From positions 16,394 to 80,393 of the forward strand of contig DYYI01000071.1 in assembly GCA_020741755.1 (NCBI GenBank): a stretch of 64,000 nt of DNA, in the 5' to 3' direction. Position 1 is the first letter of the stretch, and each line of letters starts with the position of its first letter. The notes beneath the pieces were generated by a model, which saw only the letters and a program-made list of their open reading frames with translations, was not told where the DNA came from and searched no databases. A program made the translations under genes and the position numbers. The DNA comes from Aliicoccus persicus. GTDB taxonomy: Bacteria > Bacillota > Bacilli > Staphylococcales > Salinicoccaceae. This document shows, piece after piece, positions 28,880-38,766 of the stretch.

Positions 28880-30058
28880 CTACCGTTCATTTTGACGTCG
28901 TAATGGTACAACTTGCATGTACGTTAACATTCTCCAAATCCACTCAAATGGTCCAAATTTAAAGTACTTCATCCATACATGGCTGAGTAACACTTGCACG
29001 ATAAAGAATGCGAGACTGAATGGAACAAAGTAAACGGCATCCATTTGGTCATACAAATTCGTTACTTTAAAAAATGCAACCATAAATATACTTTGCATTA
29101 AATAGTTCGTCAAAGCCATCTGTCCTGCTGGTTGTAAAAAGCGCACTAGAGCGGGTATATAATGTAGGACAACTATAAATATTGAAAGATATCCAAGCGC
29201 AACAAGTGGTCCACCAATCGTGTAAGATAATCCGCTCAATGTATCACTCACGAAATCCGTTGAATAGGTCAATGCATGACCTGTATACAGCTTAATTGGT
29301 ATACCAATCGCGAGCGCAATGATACCAAAAACGAGTATCTTCTTTATATGTAACTTAAAGGTATTGTGTAAATTTCTTTGCCCGATATACAAGCCAAGTA
29401 AAAACATTGCTAATACGATTGGCATCATGACGACAATGCCTGCTAGACCCCACATGAATAAAACACCATTTGCACCAACTAAATCCATATAGTTACCATT
29501 ATGCATGATCTCAGTAAGGTTAAAGTTAAATAATCCGGCATTATCTTCTTCAACTTCAAAGCCACGCATTAAAACAGCAAGCCCTAGTACTAATAATGTG
29601 CCTGCACTAAAAATAACAATCGGAACAATTAAGTTAACGATAGGTTTTACACGGACAAAAAGTATTAACCAAAAGCCCGTGATTGCATATAGCGTTAAAA
29701 TGTCCCCATACCAAATGAATACGCCATGAAGCACGCCTATGATTAACAAGACGACAAGACGTCTGACGAATAATTTATTCGGATTGTCTACCTTTTTTTC
29801 AGCGCGAGATATGAACAGATAAAAACTCAGCCCAAATAGAAATGAAAACATTGTAAAAAAGCTCGATGTTACAAACGAATTGATAAACCATAGCGCACGT
29901 TCATTCCAGACACCTGAGTAAATTGATGTGTCTTCTGAAATATCTATGTAAGATCCTGCAAACGACATGATGTTCATCATTAATATACCAAACAGTGCAA
30001 TGGCTCTAATCGCATCGATTTCATTTATTCTTGATTGCTGTGAGGTTGGTAAATGCAT
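28880..30058 (-). CDS. DUF418 / YeiB-like polytopic membrane protein
   Basis: 392 aa. The N-terminal block is RINEIDAIRAIALFGILMMN. The C-terminal block is GQMALTNYLMQS ... GPFEWIWRMLTY, typical of the YeiB/DUF418 family. Its stop codon directly abuts the response regulator start. Confidence 0.8.
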   Translation of the reverse strand: MHLPTSQQSRINEIDAIRAIALFGILMMNIMSFAGSYIDISEDTSIYSGVWNERALWFINSFVTSSFFTMFSFLFGLSFYLFISRAEKKVDNPNKLFVRRLVVLLIIGVLHGVFIWYGDILTLYAITGFWLILFVRVKPIVNLIVPIVIFSAGTLLVLGLAVLMRGFEVEEDNAGLFNFNLTEIMHNGNYMDLVGANGVLFMWGLAGIVVMMPIVLAMFLLGLYIGQRNLHNTFKLHIKKILVFGIIALAIGIPIKLYTGHALTYSTDFVSDTLSGLSYTIGGPLVALGYLSIFIVVLHYIPALVRFLQPAGQMALTNYLMQSIFMVAFFKVTNLYDQMDAVYFVPFSLAFFIVQVLLSHVWMKYFKFGPFEWIWRMLTYMQVVPLRRQNER

Positions 30059-30090
30059 AGAAGACTCCTATCATATAATCAGATTGATAT

Positions 30091-30125
30091 CGCTTAAAAG
30101 AAAAATGCAGAATTAGAGAAAAAAT
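30091..30125 (-). terminator. terminator after the small 3-TM gene, isolating the DUF418-RR-HK operon
   Basis: On the minus strand: GCGGAAUUAGA-UUUUUUC-UCUAAUUCUGC with one G.U pair, then AUUUUUCUUUU. The wobble pairs only in the minus-strand RNA. Confidence 0.75.
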
Positions 30126-30421
30126 CTAATTCCGCTATATAACCAATCGAGGTTTAGCCAATTGATTTCCTGGCCAGTGAAGTACATATATCCAACGTAA
30201 ACTAATAAACCAACGAGGGGTAAAAACACAAACAAGAAAATAAATAGCTTAAAGACTTTTGTAAAGATATAAAAAAGCAATCTTAAAACAAGCAATGCAA
30301 TAAACACATATAACACATTCAGTGCATTCAACTCTATCGGATAGAGTTCATAGTATTGTATTAAAACGACAATAATTACTGCGAGTACAGCATATAAAAT
30401 TAACTGCAAAATATATTTCAT
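30113..30421 (-). CDS. small 3-TM membrane protein
   Basis: 102 aa and strongly hydrophobic. AGTAGG lies upstream. A terminator hairpin overlaps its 3' end. Confidence 0.55.
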   Translation of the reverse strand: MKYILQLILYAVLAVIIVVLIQYYELYPIELNALNVLYVFIALLVLRLLFYIFTKVFKLFIFLFVFLPLVGLLVYVGYMYFTGQEINWLNLDWLYSGIRFFL

Positions 30422-30479
30422 ATTCTACCTACTCTCGAACCAAGTGAAGTGGTTCTGGGTTTCTTTTTCCCGTTTTTAA

Positions 30480-31421
30480 CTAGCAAAAATTATTTTGGAA
30501 ATTCAAATGTGTGATTTTCTCTGCTAATACATGCCCATAACGTTCTTCAAGTTTAGCAACAAAATTAGGATACTCACCTGCATGACCGAGATCTTTTACA
30601 TAATCAAAGATACCGTCAAAATCTGATCCTAATCCGATATGATCCGTACCACCTAAATCGATGATGCGATCAATATGTGGGAATAAATCTTCAATCACAC
30701 AATCTCCTGATTTTATAAATGGTGGGTTGAAAACAAGGTTAATCATGCCGCCCTTTTCAATGATCTGAGTGATCTGAGAATCAGTCAGATTACGCAGATG
30801 ATCCATTACTGCACGTGAATTCGAGTGACTTGCGAATACACGGTCCGCGCGATCGATAATATCATTAAAACCATTTTCATTTAAATGACTGACATCGACT
30901 AACACGCCGTATTCATTACATAAATCAATCACATCAAATCCAAAGTTAGTGAGTCCAGCTAAACGTTTTTCTCCAACACCATCAGCAACGAGGTTTGCAT
31001 TATTCCATGTTAAGCCAAGACTCAACACACCAAGTCTAAACAAAGTTTTTAATTTCATCAAATCATTTCCGAATGCATCAGATCCTTCTAGCGTTAACAC
31101 CGCACCGATTTCATCATCTTTTAAATCATTAATTTCACTTAAATGCTTAATGTGTACTATATTTGGCTGTGTTAAAATCTCATCATAAAAGCAGTCTACT
31201 TGTTCTAAAGCATGTTGCCATTTTTCGTTATCAGGAATTGCCGGCGATAAAAATATCGCGAAAAATTGAACTTTAACGTTACCCGCTCTTAATCGCTCAG
31301 CGTTCGTATCAATTTCACTGCTGTTCGCAAAATTAAGTTCACGCTTTTTAAACATGTACGTCTTTCTTTTATCTGACTGGAGTTTCAATAGTGCGTCACA
31401 ATGTGTATCGATAATTTTCAA
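30480..31421 (-). CDS. membrane dipeptidase (M19 family)
   Basis: 313 aa. It has IIDTHCDAL at the N-terminus, VDVSHL, ASHSNSRA and GLGSDFDG blocks. Confidence 0.88.
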   Translation of the reverse strand: MKIIDTHCDALLKLQSDKRKTYMFKKRELNFANSSEIDTNAERLRAGNVKVQFFAIFLSPAIPDNEKWQHALEQVDCFYDEILTQPNIVHIKHLSEINDLKDDEIGAVLTLEGSDAFGNDLMKLKTLFRLGVLSLGLTWNNANLVADGVGEKRLAGLTNFGFDVIDLCNEYGVLVDVSHLNENGFNDIIDRADRVFASHSNSRAVMDHLRNLTDSQITQIIEKGGMINLVFNPPFIKSGDCVIEDLFPHIDRIIDLGGTDHIGLGSDFDGIFDYVKDLGHAGEYPNFVAKLEERYGHVLAEKITHLNFQNNFC

Positions 31422-31502
31422 TTTATAATCTCCTTTTAATTATGTACTTTTTTAAACATTTATGCGTATAATAACACTAAAATCATTTATTGGAGGTTAA
31501 TC

Positions 31503-32834
31503 ATGCATAAAGCAAGTACGTATTTAAAATTTATTATACCATCTTTACTCGGCTTATTCTTTTTCTTAATGCCGATTTCTACTGAAGATGGTACATCAAT
31601 TCCAATTGCAATAATGGCGAATTGGTTATTGGAGGTACTCGGTAACGACATTACAGTCATTTTAGTCACTCTTATCGTCGTCATTACCACAGTACTCACT
31701 GTTTTGTTCAGCTTTAACATTATTAAAGTTAAAAATGAACTGTTGAACAGCTTATTCAACGTTAGTATTATGTGGGTCATCATTCGACTCATTGCGGGGA
31801 TTTTCGCGCTTATGGCATTTTTCTATGTCGGGCCAGAAATCATCGTATCTGCGGATACAGGAAACTTGATGTTACGGGACTTATTACCGACATTGTTCTC
31901 AGTATTCTTATTTGCAGGTCTTTTACTACCCTTGTTATTGAACTATGGACTCATTGAATTTATTGGAACGTTCTTTACAAAAGTGATGCGACCACTCTTT
32001 ACATTACCTGGTCGTTCAACGGTCGATAACTTAGCATCATGGGTCGGAGACGGAACTGTCGGTGTGTTACTCACGGCAGGACAGTACGAAAAAGGGTTGT
32101 ACTCATTGCGTGAAGCATCTGTAATCGCCACAACTTTTTCAGTTGTTTCCATTTCATTTTCAATCGTTGTTCTAGAATACATAGGGTTGATGAATTACTT
32201 TGGACTATTTTATGGCACGATCATTCTCTGTGGTATCGTCTGTGCGTTAATCATGCCGAGAATACCACCGCTTTCAATGATTAAAGATACATATTATGTT
32301 GAAGGTGTCGATTTAAATGAAGAAGTGCCGAAAAATCACAGCATGTTTAGTTGGGCATTAACTTCTGCTCTAGACAAAGCAAAAAAAGCAGATGGTTTTA
32401 ATGGTTACGCACGCGAATCGATTAAGACCGTGTGCGAAATGTTATTCACTGTACTGCCAGTCGTTATGGCGATCGGTACACTCGGTACGGTCGTGGCTGA
32501 AGGTACACCTGTCTTTGAATATTTAGGTGCACCGCTCGTTCCAATTTTAGAATTTATGAATGTACCAGAAGCATACCGTGCAGCTGAAACGATATTTGTA
32601 GGATTTATAGATATGTTCTTACCAGCTGTATTTATTGCAGATGTAGAAAGTGAAATGACACGATTCATTATTGGTACGTTAAGTATTACACAGCTGATTT
32701 ACTTATCAGAAGTCGGCGGCGTCATACTCGCCTCAAAAATTCCTATCGGCATTGGTAAATTGTTTATCATCTTCTTATTAAGAACAATTATTTCATTGCC
32801 AATCATCATTCTCGTTGCACACCTTATTTTCTAA
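31503..32834 (+). CDS. YjiH-type nucleoside-recognition-domain membrane protein
   Basis: 443 aa and polytopic. The family assignment comes from overall pattern (GTFFTKVMRPLFTLPGRS, WVGDGTVGVLL). Confidence in the family name is moderate. Confidence 0.7.
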   Translation: MHKASTYLKFIIPSLLGLFFFLMPISTEDGTSIPIAIMANWLLEVLGNDITVILVTLIVVITTVLTVLFSFNIIKVKNELLNSLFNVSIMWVIIRLIAGIFALMAFFYVGPEIIVSADTGNLMLRDLLPTLFSVFLFAGLLLPLLLNYGLIEFIGTFFTKVMRPLFTLPGRSTVDNLASWVGDGTVGVLLTAGQYEKGLYSLREASVIATTFSVVSISFSIVVLEYIGLMNYFGLFYGTIILCGIVCALIMPRIPPLSMIKDTYYVEGVDLNEEVPKNHSMFSWALTSALDKAKKADGFNGYARESIKTVCEMLFTVLPVVMAIGTLGTVVAEGTPVFEYLGAPLVPILEFMNVPEAYRAAETIFVGFIDMFLPAVFIADVESEMTRFIIGTLSITQLIYLSEVGGVILASKIPIGIGKLFIIFLLRTIISLPIIILVAHLIF

Positions 32835-32846
32835 AATATATCAACT

Positions 32847-32895
32847 AAAAAGACGGTATTGGAATCTAAAGAATAGAATCCAATACCGTCTATAT
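32847..32895. terminator. bidirectional terminator (yjiH-like gene / TPM gene)
   Basis: GACGGTATTGGA ... TCCAATACCGTC. An A-run lies upstream, giving a U-run on the minus strand. Confidence 0.75.
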
Positions 32896-32904
32896 TATTC
32901 TAGA

Positions 32905-33753
32905 TTAGAATCCTCGACCAGCACCACCGCCGCCGCCGGATCCACCACCGAATCCGCCAAAGCCGCCGCTTGATCCGCCACCGAAACTACCGCCACCTGA
33001 GCCACCTGTTGGGAAGCCCCAGAAAGTACCTCTGCGTCCACGGCTACGTCCACCTGTGCCGCCGCCTCCGCCTCTAATCATCCAGAGAACAAAGATAATA
33101 AATATGAGTGTTATGAACAATCTAAATATTTCTCCGACACCGCTAAAACCAGATCCATCTGACGAATCCTCAATCGGTGTATCCCGTGTAAACTCACCAT
33201 CTTCATAGCCAAATGCTTCTAAGGATTCATTATACAGCGCTTCATATAGAGCAATGAGACCTTGTTCATAATATCGATTCGCTTGGGAAGAATTATTTTC
33301 AAATTCTGCTGCTCTTTGAAAATAATCCAATGCTTCCTGATCGATAATACGTCCGATTTTTGCATCATTTAAGTATCCTTCGACGCCATAACCGACTTGA
33401 ACATCTACCCCACGATTCGTAAATTCGTTGCCGTTATCCAAGTTAAGTAAAATAACGATACCGTTATCCTCGTCTTCCTTACCAACACCATAACCTCGCA
33501 AAGCCTCTAGTGCATAATCCTGTCTATGAATTTGTCCAGTTGTTGGCATTGTCAGGAGGAGCATCTCAACACCTGTGCCTGATTCCAGATGTGTACCGAG
33601 GTCATTTAAAGCACGAACACTTTCCTCTGACAACACATTTGCATTATCTTGAACAAAATAATGTGTTGTGTCGAGCGGTGGTAAATCTTCCGCTTGAATC
33701 GATGGGATAAACACCACACTCATCAACAATAAGAGGAATAGTTTTTTTATCAT
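32905..33753 (-). CDS. TPM-domain protein (YgcG-like) with TM segment and Gly-rich tail
   Basis: It has a signal peptide, then a TPM-type domain (YFVQDNANVLS ... GIVILLN ... VGYGVEGYLND), a TM segment (IFRLFITLIFIIFVLWMI) and a G/S/R/F-rich C-terminus. Its ATG shares one base with the LemA stop codon (TAATG). Confidence 0.82.
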   Translation of the reverse strand: MIKKLFLLLLMSVVFIPSIQAEDLPPLDTTHYFVQDNANVLSEESVRALNDLGTHLESGTGVEMLLLTMPTTGQIHRQDYALEALRGYGVGKEDEDNGIVILLNLDNGNEFTNRGVDVQVGYGVEGYLNDAKIGRIIDQEALDYFQRAAEFENNSSQANRYYEQGLIALYEALYNESLEAFGYEDGEFTRDTPIEDSSDGSGFSGVGEIFRLFITLIFIIFVLWMIRGGGGGTGGRSRGRRGTFWGFPTGGSGGGSFGGGSSGGFGGFGGGSGGGGGAGRGF

Positions 33754-34355
33754 TATTCTATACCGTCATCTTGATCGGTATTGAAATCTACTTCAGGCAC
33801 CTCACGACTTTCGTCACTCGCTTCAAAATATTCTTTTTCATCAAAACCAAAAATACCAGCAACTAAGTTACCTGGAAACGCACGCGTGTTACGGTTAAAT
33901 TCTTGAACCGAACCGTTATAATCTTGTCGCGCAACTGCGATTCTATTTTCTGTACCTGCGAGCTCATCTCGCAATCCAGTAAACTGAGTATCCGCTTTTA
34001 AGTCTGGATAGTTTTCTTGCAGTGCAATTAAACGGCTCAACGCAGAAGTCATATTATCATTGGCTTCTGATAATTCGTCTACATTTGATGCATTTCCGAT
34101 ATCTGTACGCGCTTCTGCAACTGCTTCAAAAATTTCACTTTCATGATCGGCATAGCCTTGAACTGTACTCACAATATTTGGTATTAAATCATTACGACGT
34201 TCCAGTTGTGTTTCAATCTGCGCATATTGTGAATTTACATCTTCATCAAGATCTACAAACTGATTGTATTTTGGAACAATTAGAATGAGTGCTGCAATAC
34301 CAATTACAAGAACTAAACCTACGACCACAACAATCGGGATAATAAACTTTTTCAT
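33753..34355 (-). CDS. LemA family protein
   Basis: 200 aa. It has an N-terminal TM segment and the conserved blocks YNQFV, QLERRNDLIPN, ENYPDLKA, AVARQDYN and FPGNL. Confidence 0.88.
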   Translation of the reverse strand: MKKFIIPIVVVVGLVLVIGIAALILIVPKYNQFVDLDEDVNSQYAQIETQLERRNDLIPNIVSTVQGYADHESEIFEAVAEARTDIGNASNVDELSEANDNMTSALSRLIALQENYPDLKADTQFTGLRDELAGTENRIAVARQDYNGSVQEFNRNTRAFPGNLVAGIFGFDEKEYFEASDESREVPEVDFNTDQDDGIE

Positions 34356-34397
34356 ATTTCCTCCTAGATTTTAACTGACTTCTAACACAAGATTGGG

Positions 34398-35881
<1,484 letters not shown>

Positions 35882-35887
35882 AATTAA

Positions 35888-35917
35888 ATTATAATAAAAT
35901 TCTGTTCATAAAGTCAA
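35888..35917 (-). promoter_or_regulatory. sigma-A type promoter of the tyrS leader
   Basis: On the minus strand: TTGACT (35912..35917), an 18-nt spacer, then TATAAT (35888..35893). Confidence 0.75.
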
Positions 35918-36003
35918 CTTCAATGAAAATGACAATATGATGAATTTCCACACAAAAAATTGTACTTTAGAACCACAAAATATTCTTAGAAAATAACATA
36001 ATG

Positions 36004-36012
36004 TGTTATAAT
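36004..36012 (+). promoter_or_regulatory. extended -10 (TGTTATAAT) for the PBP gene
   Basis: TGTTATAAT lies 25 nt upstream of the ATG at 36037, with GGGAGG between them. Confidence 0.55.
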
Positions 36013-36036
36013 CCTTTTATATTGGGAGGTTACTGA

Positions 36037-38631
36037 ATGAGTAATAACAATGGTTTTTTTAATCGCCTCACTTCATTTTTTACAAGAAAACAAGAAGTTA
36101 AGGAAAAAGATAAGATACATGGTAGTTCTTTAAAAGAAAAGTATAATAACGCACGCAACCGCTTCGATAAGGTCGGTTCCCCGTTTAGGGTCGCCTTCTA
36201 CACCGTTTACGATACAGTATGGAATGTCGTTTTATTTTTAATTGTAACGCTATCGTTACTCGGTATATTTGGTGGAGCAATCGGACTTGGTTATATCGCT
36301 GCACTTGTCAATGATCATGAAATACAAACCGCTGAAGAAATGCAGCAATCGTTAACTGAAATGACCGAGAGCACAACTGTGTCTTTTGGCTCTGGTGAAG
36401 AGCTGGGAACACTCCGAACAGACTTGGTGCGTGAGAAAATAACATATGACGAAATGTCACCGTATCTCATTGATGCGCTAATCGCTACTGAAGATGAATA
36501 CTTCTATGAACATAATGGTATGGTACCAAAAGCTTTCATTCGTGCATCAATACAACAATTTGCTTCAGATAACACGACGGGTGGTTCTACAATTACGCAA
36601 CAGCTCATTAAGAACCAACTCCTTACGGCAGACACGACATTTGACCGTAAAGCAACAGAAATTTTACTTTCTTTCCGAGTAGAAAAGTTACTTGAAAAGG
36701 AAGAAATTTTAGAAGCATACTTAAATCAAGTATCATTCGGCCGTAATGCAAATGGACAAAACATTGCGGGTGTTGAAGCAGCTGCACAAGGTATATTTGG
36801 AATTTCTGCAAATGAACTAAATATTGCACAAGCGGCATTTATCGCCGGTATGCCACAGAACCCATATGCATATACACCGTTTACACAACTTGGTGAAGTT
36901 AAAGACCAAGACTACCTAGAACCTGGACTTAACCGTTTATCGTATGTACTTAATCGTATGCATACAGAAGGTATGATTACTGATGAAGAATATGAAGAAG
37001 CACAAAATTACGATATCATTGGTAATTTAACAACACGTGTCGAAACACCAAATGAATTGTATCCGCATTTAACGGATGAAGTTGAACGTCGTACAGTTCA
37101 GATTTTGAAATATGTACTCGCTGAAGAAGATGGATTGGATCGCAGTGATGTAGATAATACACCATTGATTAATGAAGAATATACAATACGTGCAAACAGC
37201 GCGCTCCGCAATCAAGGCTATCAAATCACAACAACGATCGATAAGGAAATCTATGATACGATGCAACAGGTTAAGGATGAATCACCATATTACTATGGTG
37301 AAAGAAGTTCAGCAGAAGCACTTGACGCACAGCCAGGACAGACGGAAGAGATGTTACAACATGAAATCGGTGCTATTTTAAAGAACAATGAAACGGGTGC
37401 AATTATCGGTTTTGTTGGCGGACGAGATTTTGAACGCTCGGCAATCAATCACGCAACGATGACGAAACGTCAAGCGGGTTCAATTATGAAACCACTTGCC
37501 GCATATGCACCAGCAATCGATAAGGGACTCATCGTTCCTGATACAGTATTGCTTGACCAAAAATTTGAAATTACGCACGAAGGTTGGGCACCGACGAACT
37601 ATGATGCAGAGAATGAATACGGATTAGTTACAGCGTATCATGCACTGACAAACTCATTTAACTTGAGTACACTTCGCCTTTGGAGTCAAGTTAAATCAGA
37701 ACGTCCACAAGATTACTTAACACAAGTGGGGATTGACATTCCTCTCAACCAATATGTTGATTTAGAACGTACAACACTCGTCGATTCATTCGCGCTCGGG
37801 TCACTCGACATGTCAGTTGAAGAAAGTGTTGATGCATTCTCAAGCCTTGCAAACAACGGTATGTTCGCTGAAAGCTATATGATCGAAACGATTACAGGTC
37901 CTGGTGGAGAAGTTGTCTACCAACATGAAGTAGAACCGATAAGAGTATGGGAAGATTCTACAGCTTACTTAACATCAGAAATATTAGAAAATGTATTTAG
38001 AGAAGGTTCTGCCTACTACATCAGTGACTACTATGATCAAGTTTCAGGCACTTATGACTGGGCAGGTAAGACTGGTACAACAGACAGTTTCGTCGACTCA
38101 TGGTTTACAGCATATAATCCAGAAGTAACACTCGGTGTTTGGATGGGTTATGACCAACGTATCCCACAAGTATATGAAACCTACCAAGAAGAACGTCACC
38201 ATATTTACACATGGAGAGAATATGCGAGTCGCTTATCCGAAGTGAACCCAGAGCTTATGGGTGCGAATCAGTTTAGAGCTCAACCATCTTCGGTATCACA
38301 AGCAAGATTCTGTGCATTGACGATGGAACTCGAGTCAGATTGTGATACACGATATGACAGAGTAATCACTGGTTTAGTTGCAGACAATACGCTTTTAGAA
38401 CCAAAAGAAAATATTACTGATTACCGTATTCAAGAGCGTCTTGGCGCTGGATTCTATGGTATCTCACCTGCATTAAACGTTTCTGATTATCAAGGACAGG
38501 TTAGACAAGACTGGAGCCGAACATACACAATTGGTAGCTCTTCATCATCTCAATCTGACAATGACAACAATGACAATCAACAAGAAACAGAACAATCAGG
38601 CGATGACGGAACAGAAGACGGATCATGGTAA
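36037..38631 (+). CDS. class A penicillin-binding protein (glycosyltransferase + transpeptidase)
   Basis: 864 aa. The GT51 motifs are EDEYFYEHNG and GGSTITQQL. The transpeptidase motifs are SIMKP (SxxK), SFN (SxN) and KTGTT (38068..38082). It has an N-terminal TM anchor after a cytoplasmic segment of about 60 aa. Confidence 0.92.
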   Translation: MSNNNGFFNRLTSFFTRKQEVKEKDKIHGSSLKEKYNNARNRFDKVGSPFRVAFYTVYDTVWNVVLFLIVTLSLLGIFGGAIGLGYIAALVNDHEIQTAEEMQQSLTEMTESTTVSFGSGEELGTLRTDLVREKITYDEMSPYLIDALIATEDEYFYEHNGMVPKAFIRASIQQFASDNTTGGSTITQQLIKNQLLTADTTFDRKATEILLSFRVEKLLEKEEILEAYLNQVSFGRNANGQNIAGVEAAAQGIFGISANELNIAQAAFIAGMPQNPYAYTPFTQLGEVKDQDYLEPGLNRLSYVLNRMHTEGMITDEEYEEAQNYDIIGNLTTRVETPNELYPHLTDEVERRTVQILKYVLAEEDGLDRSDVDNTPLINEEYTIRANSALRNQGYQITTTIDKEIYDTMQQVKDESPYYYGERSSAEALDAQPGQTEEMLQHEIGAILKNNETGAIIGFVGGRDFERSAINHATMTKRQAGSIMKPLAAYAPAIDKGLIVPDTVLLDQKFEITHEGWAPTNYDAENEYGLVTAYHALTNSFNLSTLRLWSQVKSERPQDYLTQVGIDIPLNQYVDLERTTLVDSFALGSLDMSVEESVDAFSSLANNGMFAESYMIETITGPGGEVVYQHEVEPIRVWEDSTAYLTSEILENVFREGSAYYISDYYDQVSGTYDWAGKTGTTDSFVDSWFTAYNPEVTLGVWMGYDQRIPQVYETYQEERHHIYTWREYASRLSEVNPELMGANQFRAQPSSVSQARFCALTMELESDCDTRYDRVITGLVADNTLLEPKENITDYRIQERLGAGFYGISPALNVSDYQGQVRQDWSRTYTIGSSSSSQSDNDNNDNQQETEQSGDDGTEDGSW

Positions 38632-38640
38632 ACATAAATT

Positions 38641-38675
38641 AAGCATATCCCCTATTAAAGGGATATGCTTTTTTT
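38641..38675 (+). terminator. PBP gene terminator
   Basis: AAGCATATCCC-ctattaaa-GGGATATGCTT, then TTTTT. Confidence 0.9.
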
Positions 38676-38702
38676 GATGGTTATTTTTGTATTACTGATA
38701 AC

Positions 38703-38744
38703 AAAAAACTCCCCTATCACTGATAGAAATCAATGATAGAGGAG
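38703..38744 (-). terminator. fhs terminator
   Basis: On the minus strand: CUCCUCUAUCA ... UGAUAGGGGAG with one U.G pair, then UUUUUU. Confidence 0.75.
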
Positions 38745-38766
38745 AAAATTTATGATTTATTTTAGA

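Noticed and set aside
30422-30479. The hairpin GAACCAAGTGAAGTGGTTC between the dipeptidase gene and the small 3-TM gene, with a T-rich tract on the plus strand.
   Set aside because: No plus-strand gene ends there. On the minus strand no U-tract follows the hairpin. Instead the SD-like AGTAGG of the next gene follows. It is most likely an intercistronic structure, not a terminator or mobile-element end.
32905-33070. A GC-rich patch in an AT-rich genome, considered as possible foreign DNA or a repeat element.
   Set aside because: It is the in-frame coding sequence of the Gly/Ser/Arg-rich C-terminal tail of the TPM protein (GGN and CGN codons). There are no flanking repeats or mobility genes.
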